In this document: positions 10,129-18,782 of the stretch, in pieces
Layout of the letters: each line of letters starts with the position of its first letter
Numbering within the stretch: the stretch's first letter is position 1
Assembly (NCBI GenBank): GCA_964236955.1
Contig: CAXSGP010000063.1
Location: 1 to 25,706 of the forward strand
Direction: 5' to 3'
Length of the DNA stretch: 25,706 nucleotides
From: an uncultured Oligoflexus sp.
GTDB taxonomy: Bacteria; Bdellovibrionota_B; Oligoflexia; Oligoflexales; Oligoflexaceae
Made by a program: the position numbers and the translations under genes
Notes under the pieces: generated by a model
The model's input: the letters and a program-made list of their open reading frames with translations, nothing else
Databases searched by the model: none
Told to the model about the DNA's origin: nothing

Positions 10129-10147
10129 GAGAGAAAGTGGTCCCCAT

Positions 10148-10996
10148 TTATTTCCAGCGATTATGAAACCAAAAATAATGCTCGGGGTGAGCACTCACGT
10201 TGACTTCTATCTGCCGATTAAAGTAGGCCGAATTGTCAAGAATATCGGCAGCTTTATCATCAGTCACCTGCATTTGCAAAGGGGCGCGAATCGTTAGCAC
10301 ATGGTGTCCAAAAGACTTGCGATACATATAGGCCGTGATTATGGGAGCAGGATGTTTTTGCCATATGGCAGCCAGACTCGTGTTGGTCTTCGCCGCCTGC
10401 GAGAAAAAAGGCAATCGGGGCTCACCAGGGCGGGCCTGATCCATAATAAAGCCGACGATATTGCCCTTTTGCAGTATCGAGACCATTTGTTTCACGGCAT
10501 CGCCTTTTTTCTTGCGCGTTATCCAATAAATGCTATTGGCCATGCGGTGTTCTTCGACGAAGCGATTGAGGCCCGTGGAACCCACCTTTTTGACAACGGT
10601 ATAGGTTGGCCGAAAGCGTTTGGATACGACAGAGGCCATAGCTTCCCAGTTGCCCATATGGCCAGCGAGTATATAGACGCCATTTTCTTCAGCCAGGGCC
10701 TTTGTTAAAAATTCGCCGCCCATGACTTCGACGTTGGCGTCGATCCTATGCTTTTTAAAAATCAGGACTTCAAAAATGGTTTGCAGAAAATGAGAGTATG
10801 AGGCACGAGCGATGGCAATTTTTTGTTGCTTCGTATAGCGGTCGGGAAAGGCATAATCAAGATTTTGCAACATGAGCCTGCGGCGGAACCGACAAAGGTC
10901 AAACATCACCCAGGCCAAAACCTGAGCCATCCGCTCGAGGCTGGCAAAGGATAGCTGACTGAGCAAGCCAGCCAATGCTTTAGTAAATGCGTACAT
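10148..10996 (-). CDS. Lipid A late acyltransferase (LpxL/HtrB family)
   Basis: Catalytic H-x4-E motif GHMGNWE, IMDQ, PFF...A.T and PEHYFWFHNRWK. Confidence 0.9.
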   Translation of the reverse strand: MYAFTKALAGLLSQLSFASLERMAQVLAWVMFDLCRFRRRLMLQNLDYAFPDRYTKQQKIAIARASYSHFLQTIFEVLIFKKHRIDANVEVMGGEFLTKALAEENGVYILAGHMGNWEAMASVVSKRFRPTYTVVKKVGSTGLNRFVEEHRMANSIYWITRKKKGDAVKQMVSILQKGNIVGFIMDQARPGEPRLPFFSQAAKTNTSLAAIWQKHPAPIITAYMYRKSFGHHVLTIRAPLQMQVTDDKAADILDNSAYFNRQIEVNVSAHPEHYFWFHNRWK

Positions 10997-11504
10997 CTGT
11001 ATTCCCCAAATAACAGCAATCCAGTTCGCATGCGTCGCACCATTTTCCAGGGATTTCCACCGAAATTCCCGGGACTGGATCGGAAGTCAGTAATCATACC
11101 CCTAGTTTCATTGTAAAATCCAATTATTTTAGCATCTTGCAATTTAGGCATGGTGTTCAGTCCAGCTGTCTGGAAAGCGAATAATGAAATCAATCAAGCG
11201 AAAGTTAAATATTTAATGCCGATGAGCCCGACGCGGATTCCTCTCGTAAGTCAAAAGTTTGGGGAGCGAACCAGGGCGATTCCATATTGCCGATATTTAC
11301 ATAATTCTTGGAAGCATGAGGGTAGCTTCGCTACAGGAGGCTGGACGATCAAGGTAGGATGCCGGCCTTCAGGATTTTTAAGCAGACTCTTGCGCCGATG
11401 CTTTGCAATTGATCGCTGCTGCAGGTACTCTCAGGTCAAGCGATGACAGAGACCTCATGTACTTGCTCTGTTCCTCATCTACCAACCTGGCAAAGGAGAA
11501 TCTC

Positions 11505-11636
11505 ATGGGTGACAAAAGTCCAAAAGACAAGCAAAAGGGTCAAAAACAGAAGACTGATGATGCAGCAAAAACTGCCAAAAAAGTCCAAACTGAAAAAGAC
11601 GCTAAAGCTGCTGGGGCCGCTAAAGCCAAAAAATAA
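11505..11636 (+). CDS. 43-aa Lys/Ala-rich small basic protein (MGDKSPKDKQK...AKAKK)
   Basis: Strong SD AAGGAG upstream of ATG 11505; 14 Lys in 43 aa; followed by a 12-bp hairpin. The ORF-track start at 11403 is probably an over-extension. Confidence 0.8.
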   Translation: MGDKSPKDKQKGQKQKTDDAAKTAKKVQTEKDAKAAGAAKAKK

Positions 11637-11663
11637 GCTCCTTTTTACGATTTTCTGACGATC

Positions 11664-11700
11664 CCAGTCAGACGGGGTGTCTTTTGCGCTGTCTGGCTGG
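11664..11700. terminator. Stable stem-loop downstream of the small basic protein gene
   Basis: CCAGTCAGACGG pairs with CTGTCTGGCTGG (12 bp including 2 G-U on +); no U-tract on the + strand. Confidence 0.5.
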
Positions 11701-12050
11701 AAAACCTCCTGCTTTCTCTTGTTGGCGCTTCCCTTCCAACGACTTAAAACATTCATCTGCGGCTCCCTCTCACCTCAGCCACGCTTACCGATAAATTCCA
11801 ATTGATTTTCAATAGCCGATGTTTTAGCTCATCCTTTTACCGCAGCAGGCGGGCCTTCAGCCCAAAGCGGAAGAAAGTGGAATAAAAACGAGCGACCCGG
11901 TGGCAAGACACTCCACAGAAGCAAAGAGTCTCTTGTCCCAAAGCCTTAACTTAGATCTTGGTTTTTCCAAAAAATCCTGAGCGCGCTTTTAGTTTAGGCT
12001 ATAGCCGAAAGGTGCTGGAGAGGGGGCGGATCACAATTTGAATCAAGCCT

Positions 12051-12075
12051 TTAAGACCCTTAAGACCCTTAAGAC
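12051..12075. repeat. 9-bp tandem repeat TTAAGACCC, about 2.8 copies
   Basis: TTAAGACCC-TTAAGACCC-TTAAGAC read directly. Confidence 0.9.
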
Positions 12076-12240
12076 TTGGGCCCGGATCGGTGCTTTTCCA
12101 TCGCCTCACCAAAAAACCACTGTGCTAATCTTTAAATGAGTGAGTATCATAATTTAGAGGTTCTCCGGAACTTCTGAGCATTGACTCCGGCTCACGGGAC
12201 AGGGTACAAAGGCCACATGAAATCCAGGCAGGAGCGCCGC

Positions 12241-12729
12241 ATGACCAAGAGCCTTTTCGACTATACTGTGAAAGACGCAAGTGACTTGCCACACCCTCTT
12301 TCTCAATACAAAGGCAAAGTTGTTCTCGTGGTAAACGTGGCCTCCCTATGTGCTCTGACCCCTCAATATAAACAACTCGAATCCCTCCGAAAGGAATACG
12401 AGGATCGTGGTCTGGTGGTGCTTGGTTTTCCCTGCAATCAGTTTGGATCACAGGAACCCGGCAGTAATGCCGACATTCAGAGTTTCTGTGAATTGAGCTA
12501 TGGTGTAAGTTTTCCCGTCCTCGCTAAAGTCGATGTCAATGGCGATGCTGCAGAACCCGTCTTTGGTTTCCTGAAGGAAGCTGCTCCAGGTCTACTCGGC
12601 AGCAAAGCCGTAAAATGGAACTTCACTAAATTTCTTATCGACAGATCCGGACAGCCTTTAGGTCGTTATGCGTCTACCACCGGTCCTGAAAAAATCTCCC
12701 GTGACATAGAAAAAGCGCTCGAAATGTAG
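12241..12729 (+). CDS. Glutathione peroxidase family protein (Cys type), copy 1
   Basis: NVASLCALTPQY, GFPCNQFG.QEPG, FC resolving Cys, KWNFTKFL; SD AGGAG before ATG 12241. Confidence 0.95.
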   Translation: MTKSLFDYTVKDASDLPHPLSQYKGKVVLVVNVASLCALTPQYKQLESLRKEYEDRGLVVLGFPCNQFGSQEPGSNADIQSFCELSYGVSFPVLAKVDVNGDAAEPVFGFLKEAAPGLLGSKAVKWNFTKFLIDRSGQPLGRYASTTGPEKISRDIEKALEM

Positions 12730-12814
12730 AACTTTGCTGAAGTCGAAAGCCCTAATCCCCGTTCGGTGCAGTAAAGCCTTCTTCGTCTGATTTAGAAATC
12801 ATGAGGACCCCTCG

Positions 12815-13183
12815 ATGAGTAGACCTGTGAGTGAAATTCTGCGCTTGGAAAATCGTTTAATGCAGGCCGATCTAAGCAATGACCTCGAAACCTTTCGAGA
12901 ACTGATAGCCGATAATGCGATGCTAGCCACCCCTTTTGGTCGCATCATCCAGAAGAGCGAAGTTCTCGATAATATCAACGCCTCGGGCTCATCGATTTTT
13001 TCGCGCTATGAACGGAGTGAGATGGTCTTAAAGGAATATGCTTCGACGATAGTTGTGAACTGTTTGATCGAGCTTGAAAATACTTCGTTTTCCGGCCTCC
13101 TCCGCTTCACTCGGGTTTGGAGTAAAGTGGCGGATGGATGGCAAGTGATTGCCGGACACATCTCCCTAAGACAGGGAGCTTAA
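12815..13183 (+). CDS. NTF2-like (DUF4440/SnoaL-like) protein
   Basis: 122 aa; helix-D....-LIAD pattern and C-terminal RFTRVW.K..DGWQVIAGH.S. Confidence 0.85.
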   Translation: MSRPVSEILRLENRLMQADLSNDLETFRELIADNAMLATPFGRIIQKSEVLDNINASGSSIFSRYERSEMVLKEYASTIVVNCLIELENTSFSGLLRFTRVWSKVADGWQVIAGHISLRQGA

Positions 13184-13249
13184 AACGAGGGGGTCTCTTA
13201 TTCTATATCAAATGGGATTCTTGTTAAAAACATCGCGGCGATGGGTTGT

Positions 13250-13735
13250 TTAGCTCAAACAGACCCGATGATAGATCACAATGCTGCCGGCGACCGCAAG
13301 GTTCATCGATTTTTCCCCTTCCAGCATGACTAGATCATGACAGCGCTCGAGGATGTTGGGTGGCAGCCCATCGTCTTCAGCCCCAAAAAGATAAACCGCA
13401 CTCAAGGGGTGTTGGTAGGCCCTAAGCTGCTGAGCCCGCTCGTGCTGCTCAACCCCTATGATCTGACAGGAGCGCGGTAGGTTAAGATAAAAATTATCGA
13501 AACAGTCATATTCAAAAATTGGAATATGATGAACGGCGCCGAAGGTATCGGAAGACTGGCGAAGATAGCGACTGCCAATTAGGGCAATAAAAGAAGCGTC
13601 AAAGATCTGTGCCGTTCGCAGGAGTGATCCAAAGTTGACTTCTTTCTTGGGACGATAGATGGCAAGACCAAAATAGCCCCGGGCAAAGCCGGGCTGTTTA
13701 TGGAGAGTGGCTTTAAGTTGATTTGCATCCGACAT
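13250..13735 (-). CDS. SpoU/TrmH family RNA 2'-O-methyltransferase (minimal SPOUT)
   Basis: N.GSLLRTA, YLFGAED.GL and SMNLAVAGSIV.Y motifs; ATG 13735 follows AGAGGA. Confidence 0.9.
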   Translation of the reverse strand: MSDANQLKATLHKQPGFARGYFGLAIYRPKKEVNFGSLLRTAQIFDASFIALIGSRYLRQSSDTFGAVHHIPIFEYDCFDNFYLNLPRSCQIIGVEQHERAQQLRAYQHPLSAVYLFGAEDDGLPPNILERCHDLVMLEGEKSMNLAVAGSIVIYHRVCLS

Positions 13736-14024
13736 TCTACTTCCTCTGACCTCGAAAAACCGCTGAACCGAAGCAGATCTAACGGTTTCCCAAGGCCTGG
13801 TCCACCAAAAAGAACGCGGAGTCAAAGGCAAAGCCACGCAAAACGGTGAAAACACCCCTAGCCTTGTTGTTCAGGATTGGTTTATAAAGGCAGTGACCCA
13901 TCGGAACCTTATTTCTATATCTTTATAGGCCTTCCGTGCCAGGATTTCCTCTTTAGTCTTGAAAATCGCGCCCATCCGGTATGAAATAGAGGGTGTATCA
14001 ATTTTCAATTGAACGGAGACTCCG

Positions 14025-14573
14025 ATGCCTTTGGCACGCCACTTTATTAGCGTCTGCATTCTGGTTAGCGCTGGCTGCTCGACGGTACCGAAAGAGACTC
14101 AAAAGGGCAGATTAGTAAAAGTCATCAAGAGCCCATTCGCCGAGACCTGCACCCAGCTCGCGAAGATAAAGTATGATGGAACGCCCTTCATCCATGACAA
14201 AGAACTGGCGATCGTCCTGAAGGAACTGACTGCCCAAAATAGGGGCAACGCCGTTCGTTATGATGTCTTTACCCCCGGTGTTACGGGAGTCAGTAATGCC
14301 AAAGGCCGGGCTACGGTATACCGCTGCAATAAATTGAAACTTAAAAAATATCTTATGGGTATTGAAGACAAGTCCATGGGCTCCGAGGTCGACGAGGAGG
14401 AAGAGGAAAAAACTGGAAAGGATAAGGAAAAAGACAAAGCCGACAGGGAAGAGGGCAGCGAGTCGCCAAAAACTCAAAGCCGTAAATCCAAAGCTTCCTC
14501 CCGAGTCAATCCGGACCGTCTGGCTCCCCCACCGCCCCGAGCTGCCGGCTTGCCCGATGCCTCATCTGAATAA
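14025..14573 (+). CDS. Lipoprotein, DUF4156-like domain with charged disordered C-terminal tail
   Basis: SD GGAG; lipobox SAGC; C..L..I / L...A...GN.V / G.A.VYRC pattern; EEEEE, K-rich and PPPP tail. Confidence 0.7.
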   Translation: MPLARHFISVCILVSAGCSTVPKETQKGRLVKVIKSPFAETCTQLAKIKYDGTPFIHDKELAIVLKELTAQNRGNAVRYDVFTPGVTGVSNAKGRATVYRCNKLKLKKYLMGIEDKSMGSEVDEEEEEKTGKDKEKDKADREEGSESPKTQSRKSKASSRVNPDRLAPPPPRAAGLPDASSE

Positions 14574-14604
14574 ATCATGTCTCATAAACATGGCGACCGG
14601 CAAT

Positions 14605-14626
14605 GCCAGCTCAGATCTGGCTTTTT
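14605..14626 (+). terminator. Probable intrinsic terminator
   Basis: GCCAG-loop-CTGGC followed by TTTTT. Confidence 0.6.
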
Positions 14627-14867
14627 GCGCCATATTTACGCCCTTGAAATATTCAGCTCGGCCTGGCCTGCTCACCATTTCCTAAAACACCTAGCCTTCG
14701 CCCCCATTTCAAAGGCTTGGCGGTCTTAAACTGCTGTCTATTGCCAAAAAATGCGATTTTTTTCGGTCAAAACTTCTGTTCTTTACTGGCAAAAAATAGC
14801 GCATTGAACTAAGGTAGGCCTCCTCTCCGGCATACCTGCAGCACTCTGACTAGATAGGAAAGCAGCA

Positions 14868-16496
14868 ATGATCAGCACTAACAAGATCACTCTGTCCTTT
14901 AACCAAAGGTTTTTATTTCAAGACGTAAGCATCAAATTCATTCCGGGCAATTGCTACGGCTTAATTGGCGCGAATGGCGCAGGAAAGTCCACTTTTCTAA
15001 AGATCCTTTCCGGCGAAATCAAACCTGACAGTGGCGAAGTTATCGTCAACCAAGGCCAACGCATTGCTGTCCTCAAACAAAACCAATTCGAATTTGAAGA
15101 TATTGAAGTGATCAAGGTCGTCTTGATGGGCAACAAGCCCTTGTACGAAGCGATCCGCGACAAAGAAATTCTTTATGCCAAGGAAAACTTCACCGATGAA
15201 GATGGGATGAAGGCTGCGGAATTGGAAGCTGTTTTTGCCGATCTTGGTGGTTGGGACGCAGAAAGCCAGGCGGGCGGCATGCTCGAAGCCCTGGGGGTGA
15301 AGACCGAAAGTCACAATCTTTTAATGCGCGAACTCGAGGCCGGCCTTAAGGTAAGGGTGCTCCTCGCTCAGGCCTTGTTCGGCAATCCCGATATCCTGCT
15401 GCTCGACGAACCTACGAACAACCTCGATATCGATTCGATCATGTGGCTGGAGGAGTTCCTCTGCGAATTTAAGAACACTGTCGTCGTGGTCTCGCATGAC
15501 CGGCACTTTCTCGATAAGGTTACCACCCACATCGCCGACCTGGATTTCAATTCCATTTCGCTCTACACGGGTAACTACACCTTTTGGTATGAAGCCAGCG
15601 AGCTGGCTCTGAAACAAAAGCAGGACAAGAACAAGAAGACCGAAGATAAGGTTAAGGAGCTCAAGGCCTTTATTGAACGCTTCTCCGCCAACGCCTCGAA
15701 GTCAAGCCAGGCGACTTCACGAAAGAAATTACTTGATAAATTGAGCGTCGATGAGATCAAGCCTTCGTCAAGACGTTATCCCCACATCGTCTTTCAGCAG
15801 GAGCGGGAAGCGGGCAAACATCTTTTGGACGTCAAGATGCTGAGCGGCAGTAGCGACGGCAAAAAGTTATTCAGTCGCTTCAACCTCTCGGTGGAAAGGG
15901 GGGAGCGCATAGCATTTGTCGGCCGTGATGCGCAGGCTGCCTCGCTCCTCTTCCGCATTCTTCAGGGCGAAGTCCCAAACGAAAGCGGAGAATTCAGCTG
16001 GGGGATTACGACCAAACGTGGTTATTTCCCCAAAGACCATTATCATATGTTCCAGGACGGCCTGAGTCTTATCGAGTGGCTGCGGCAGTTCGCGGAAAAA
16101 CCGGTGGAGGGCGAAGAGGAATTCCTCCGAGGTTTTCTGGGTAAAATGCTATTTGGTGGTTTGGAAGTCTTTAAAAAGACCGACGTCCTATCAGGAGGCG
16201 AAAAAGTCCGCTGCCTCCTGTCGCGCATCATGATGATGCAGCCGAATATCCTGCTCTTGAACGAACCGACCAACCATTTGGATTTGGAATCGATCACAGC
16301 TCTTAACAATGGCCTGAAAATCTACAAAGGCACCTTGCTTCTCATCTCGCAGGATAGGGAGATGATTGAGTCTCTTGCCACGCGTATCATCGAACTGACT
16401 CCGAATGGTGTCATCGATAGACACATGAACTATGGTGATTACCTGGTCAATCCTGAAGTCATCGCGGAACGGCAGAAGCTTTACGGCAGCAAATAA
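14868..16496 (+). CDS. ABC-F family ATPase, YbiT/YkpA-like
   Basis: Two ABC domains without TM segments; GANGAGKST, LLLDEPTNNLD, VVSHDRHF, linker RFSANASKS.QATSR and IKPSSR.YP. Confidence 0.92.
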   Translation: MISTNKITLSFNQRFLFQDVSIKFIPGNCYGLIGANGAGKSTFLKILSGEIKPDSGEVIVNQGQRIAVLKQNQFEFEDIEVIKVVLMGNKPLYEAIRDKEILYAKENFTDEDGMKAAELEAVFADLGGWDAESQAGGMLEALGVKTESHNLLMRELEAGLKVRVLLAQALFGNPDILLLDEPTNNLDIDSIMWLEEFLCEFKNTVVVVSHDRHFLDKVTTHIADLDFNSISLYTGNYTFWYEASELALKQKQDKNKKTEDKVKELKAFIERFSANASKSSQATSRKKLLDKLSVDEIKPSSRRYPHIVFQQEREAGKHLLDVKMLSGSSDGKKLFSRFNLSVERGERIAFVGRDAQAASLLFRILQGEVPNESGEFSWGITTKRGYFPKDHYHMFQDGLSLIEWLRQFAEKPVEGEEEFLRGFLGKMLFGGLEVFKKTDVLSGGEKVRCLLSRIMMMQPNILLLNEPTNHLDLESITALNNGLKIYKGTLLLISQDREMIESLATRIIELTPNGVIDRHMNYGDYLVNPEVIAERQKLYGSK

Positions 16497-16505
16497 TCCT
16501 CCATT

Positions 16506-16534
16506 GGCCCGACGTCCGCTTCGGGCCTTGTTTT
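16506..16534 (+). terminator. Intrinsic terminator after the ABC-F gene
   Basis: GGCCCGA-loop-TCGGGCC followed by TTGTTTT. Confidence 0.8.
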
Positions 16535-16714
16535 CTTCCGCCCTCTGGTTAATCCCACTCAAATACGCCAATAAGTAGATTTATTTTTTGGAACTCTCCG
16601 CCCGATCCTAGGCGTTTTCTTCGGCAGACATTAGTGCAATAGTAAGGAGTCGCCGCTGCGGTCCCTGGCGTCAGGCCGCTAAGCGAATCGAAAGACATCA
16701 ACCGAGGAGGCCCG

Positions 16715-17164
16715 ATGCGACCGTTGCATGACTACTTAAGTGAATATGCCGAATCTCACAAGAACCCGACCAACATTGCGATCCATACCTGGGCCGTGCC
16801 CCTGATCATGTGGAGCTTGCTTGGCTTTCTTCACACTTTTACCGTTGTCAGTCCCGACTTTCACCTGTCCTACGCCCTGATAGTTTTCGCCATGATTTTT
16901 TACGCAAGGTTCAAACGTCCCCTTGTCCTCTTTGGAATGGGCTTTATTACGCTCATCATGATCGGTAGTTTTTTCGTAGTCCCTCAATTGCGGTGGGTGA
17001 GCTTCGTCATATTTTTGGCGTCATGGGTCGCGCAATTCTATGGTCACCGGTGCGAAGGGAAAAAACCTTCCTTTTTAAAGGATCTCTTCTTTCTCCTAAT
17101 TGGCCCGCTATGGGTTCTCGCGAAAGCCGCTCCCGCACTTGTCGGCAAACATAAGCTGGCTTAG
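16715..17164 (+). CDS. DUF962 / Mpo1-like membrane protein
   Basis: Y..SH.NP.N..IH...VP.I, QFYGH..EGKKP.F..D..FLLIGP.W; SD GAGGAGG. Confidence 0.93.
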   Translation: MRPLHDYLSEYAESHKNPTNIAIHTWAVPLIMWSLLGFLHTFTVVSPDFHLSYALIVFAMIFYARFKRPLVLFGMGFITLIMIGSFFVVPQLRWVSFVIFLASWVAQFYGHRCEGKKPSFLKDLFFLLIGPLWVLAKAAPALVGKHKLA

Positions 17165-17254
17165 ACCTCGACTCCGGCGGCAAGAGATTGATAATTATTT
17201 GGAACTTTGCCCCATCATCAGAAAAATTGAATCATTTGGAAAAAGAGGCAAGTA

Positions 17255-17809
17255 ATGACCGCAAAAATTTATGACATCCCACTTAAACGCATCGATGGCA
17301 AGGCAGCCAGGCTTGGTGATTATAAAGGCCAGGTTTTACTCGTCGTGAATGTGGCTTCAAAATGTGGTCTTACGCCCCAGTATGAAGCCCTTGAGAAACT
17401 CTACGAAGGGTATAAAGCCAAGGGCTTGACCGTCGTGGGCTTTCCCGCAAATGAATTCATGGGTCAGGAACCCGGAAGTAATAGCGAGATTGAAGAGTTT
17501 TGCCGTAGCACCTTCGGCGTTCAATTTCCTATGTTCGAAAAAATTGTCGTCAAAGGCGAAGGCCAGCATCCTCTCTATAAATATCTTACCGACAAAATGC
17601 CTGAAGCGATCAAAAAACCTGACGGTCAGTTGGAAAAAAAACTTGAAGATAAAGGACTCGGACGTCAAAAGAAACAAGACGTGCTTTGGAATTTTGAAAA
17701 GTTTTTAGTCGATAGACAGGGCGAAGTGGTCGCTCGTTTCGCGCCTGACGTAACACCAGCCGACGAAATTCTGCTTAAGCCACTCAGGGAAGAGCTCGCA
17801 AAGAAATGA
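17255..17809 (+). CDS. Glutathione peroxidase family protein (BtuE-like), copy 2
   Basis: NVASKCGLTPQY, GFPANEF.GQEPG, FC, LWNFEKFL, ARFAP; has the internal insertion seen in BtuE-like members. Confidence 0.95.
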   Translation: MTAKIYDIPLKRIDGKAARLGDYKGQVLLVVNVASKCGLTPQYEALEKLYEGYKAKGLTVVGFPANEFMGQEPGSNSEIEEFCRSTFGVQFPMFEKIVVKGEGQHPLYKYLTDKMPEAIKKPDGQLEKKLEDKGLGRQKKQDVLWNFEKFLVDRQGEVVARFAPDVTPADEILLKPLREELAKK

Positions 17810-17819
17810 TCGTATTGGC

Positions 17820-17842
17820 CCAGGCTTGCTCGCGCAGCCTGG
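17820..17842. terminator. Hairpin after gpx copy 2
   Basis: CCAGGCT...AGCCTGG stem; no clear U-tract. Confidence 0.4.
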
Positions 17843-18016
17843 CGTCTATCACAGGGGCTCAATCCTGGACTTTAGTCCAGTGTCTGTCCGGAACTGCGGA
17901 GGGCAAGGCGCGAGGCAGAAAAAAAACGGAGTTTACGCCCCATAAATGCGCATTTTTTCTGGCGATGAAACGCAGCCATCGCCTTTTCCGGACCGACACT
18001 AGACAAGAGAGATGAC

Positions 18017-18202
18017 TCAGCTTAAGGGCACCGGCTGTTGACTGATCCGGCTGGCACGAAAGGCTTTCGTTAAGCCAGGCAGCAGTCCTTCTCCAGAAAA
18101 GTTCAGGCACTCCTCCTCCTGATACCGCAGTTGATCATGAACGACCTTGATCGTGTCCCTTTCAACCAAAGCAAAGCCTTCTTCTTCACGTGACGCATGC
18201 AT
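18017..18202 (-). CDS. Hypothetical 61-aa protein
   Basis: SD TAAGGAG 7 nt before ATG; lies in otherwise gene-free space. Confidence 0.6.
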   Translation of the reverse strand: MHASREEEGFALVERDTIKVVHDQLRYQEEECLNFSGEGLLPGLTKAFRASRISQQPVPLS

Positions 18203-18483
18203 AACAAAACTCCTTAACTCATCTCATTTAAACTAACAAAATCAACGCCTGACGGCTGTGGGAAACCCTACTCATAAATTGGTGAATTTTTCTTTTGGCT
18301 TCTTTCAATTGTCTGAAAATAGAGGCTTTTCTGAACTTAAAGAATTTTTTTAAGGTAAAATTGGCAGTTTTTAATTTCCCATCCCATCACCAAATCATTC
18401 ATACTCGCTCTCAGTTAGACGTCACTTGTTGTAGAGTGAATGTTCGCAGACCCCGCTTAGAATCACACGAGGAGACAGTCGTC

Positions 18484-18774
18484 ATGATAGGAACTATCGT
18501 ATCTTGGATCGTTATTGGATTTATAGTTGGCTTGATCGCACGGGCAATCATGCCAGGTCGCCAATCTCTAGGGTTTGTGAAAACGACAGGCCTCGGTATC
18601 GCTGGTGCTCTTGTCGGCGGCCTGATCTCTTGGCTCTTTAGTGGTGCCGGTGCGAACAATACGAACGCATTCTCAGCAAATGCTTGGCCAGGCTGGATCC
18701 TATCCACCGTATGCGCCGTACTTCTTTTGTGGATTGCCACACGTTCAAGTGGAACCCGTCATCTTCCTCATTGA
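18484..18774 (+). CDS. GlsB/YeaQ/YmgE (transglycosylase-associated) stress membrane protein
   Basis: IVSWIVIG.IVG.IARAIMPG...G...T..LGIAGALVGG; SD GAGGAG before ATG 18484. Confidence 0.93.
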   Translation: MIGTIVSWIVIGFIVGLIARAIMPGRQSLGFVKTTGLGIAGALVGGLISWLFSGAGANNTNAFSANAWPGWILSTVCAVLLLWIATRSSGTRHLPH

Positions 18775-18782
18775 TTCAAGCC

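Noticed and set aside
11380..11452. Canonical glycine riboswitch call
   Set aside because: Only fragments match; GGAGAG and GAAG are absent and no glycine-related gene follows. Kept only as a structured-leader finding.
12024..12040. GGCGGATCACAATT, similar to a lac operator half-site
   Set aside because: Single half-site with no symmetric partner or LacI-regulated context; probably chance.
14590..14685. Possible leader peptide for ABC-F attenuation (MATGNASS...)
   Set aside because: No SD, it spans the upstream gene's terminator and ends about 180 bp before the ABC-F start.
12346..17370. Selenocysteine in either glutathione peroxidase
   Set aside because: Both active-site codons are TGT (Cys); no in-frame TGA.
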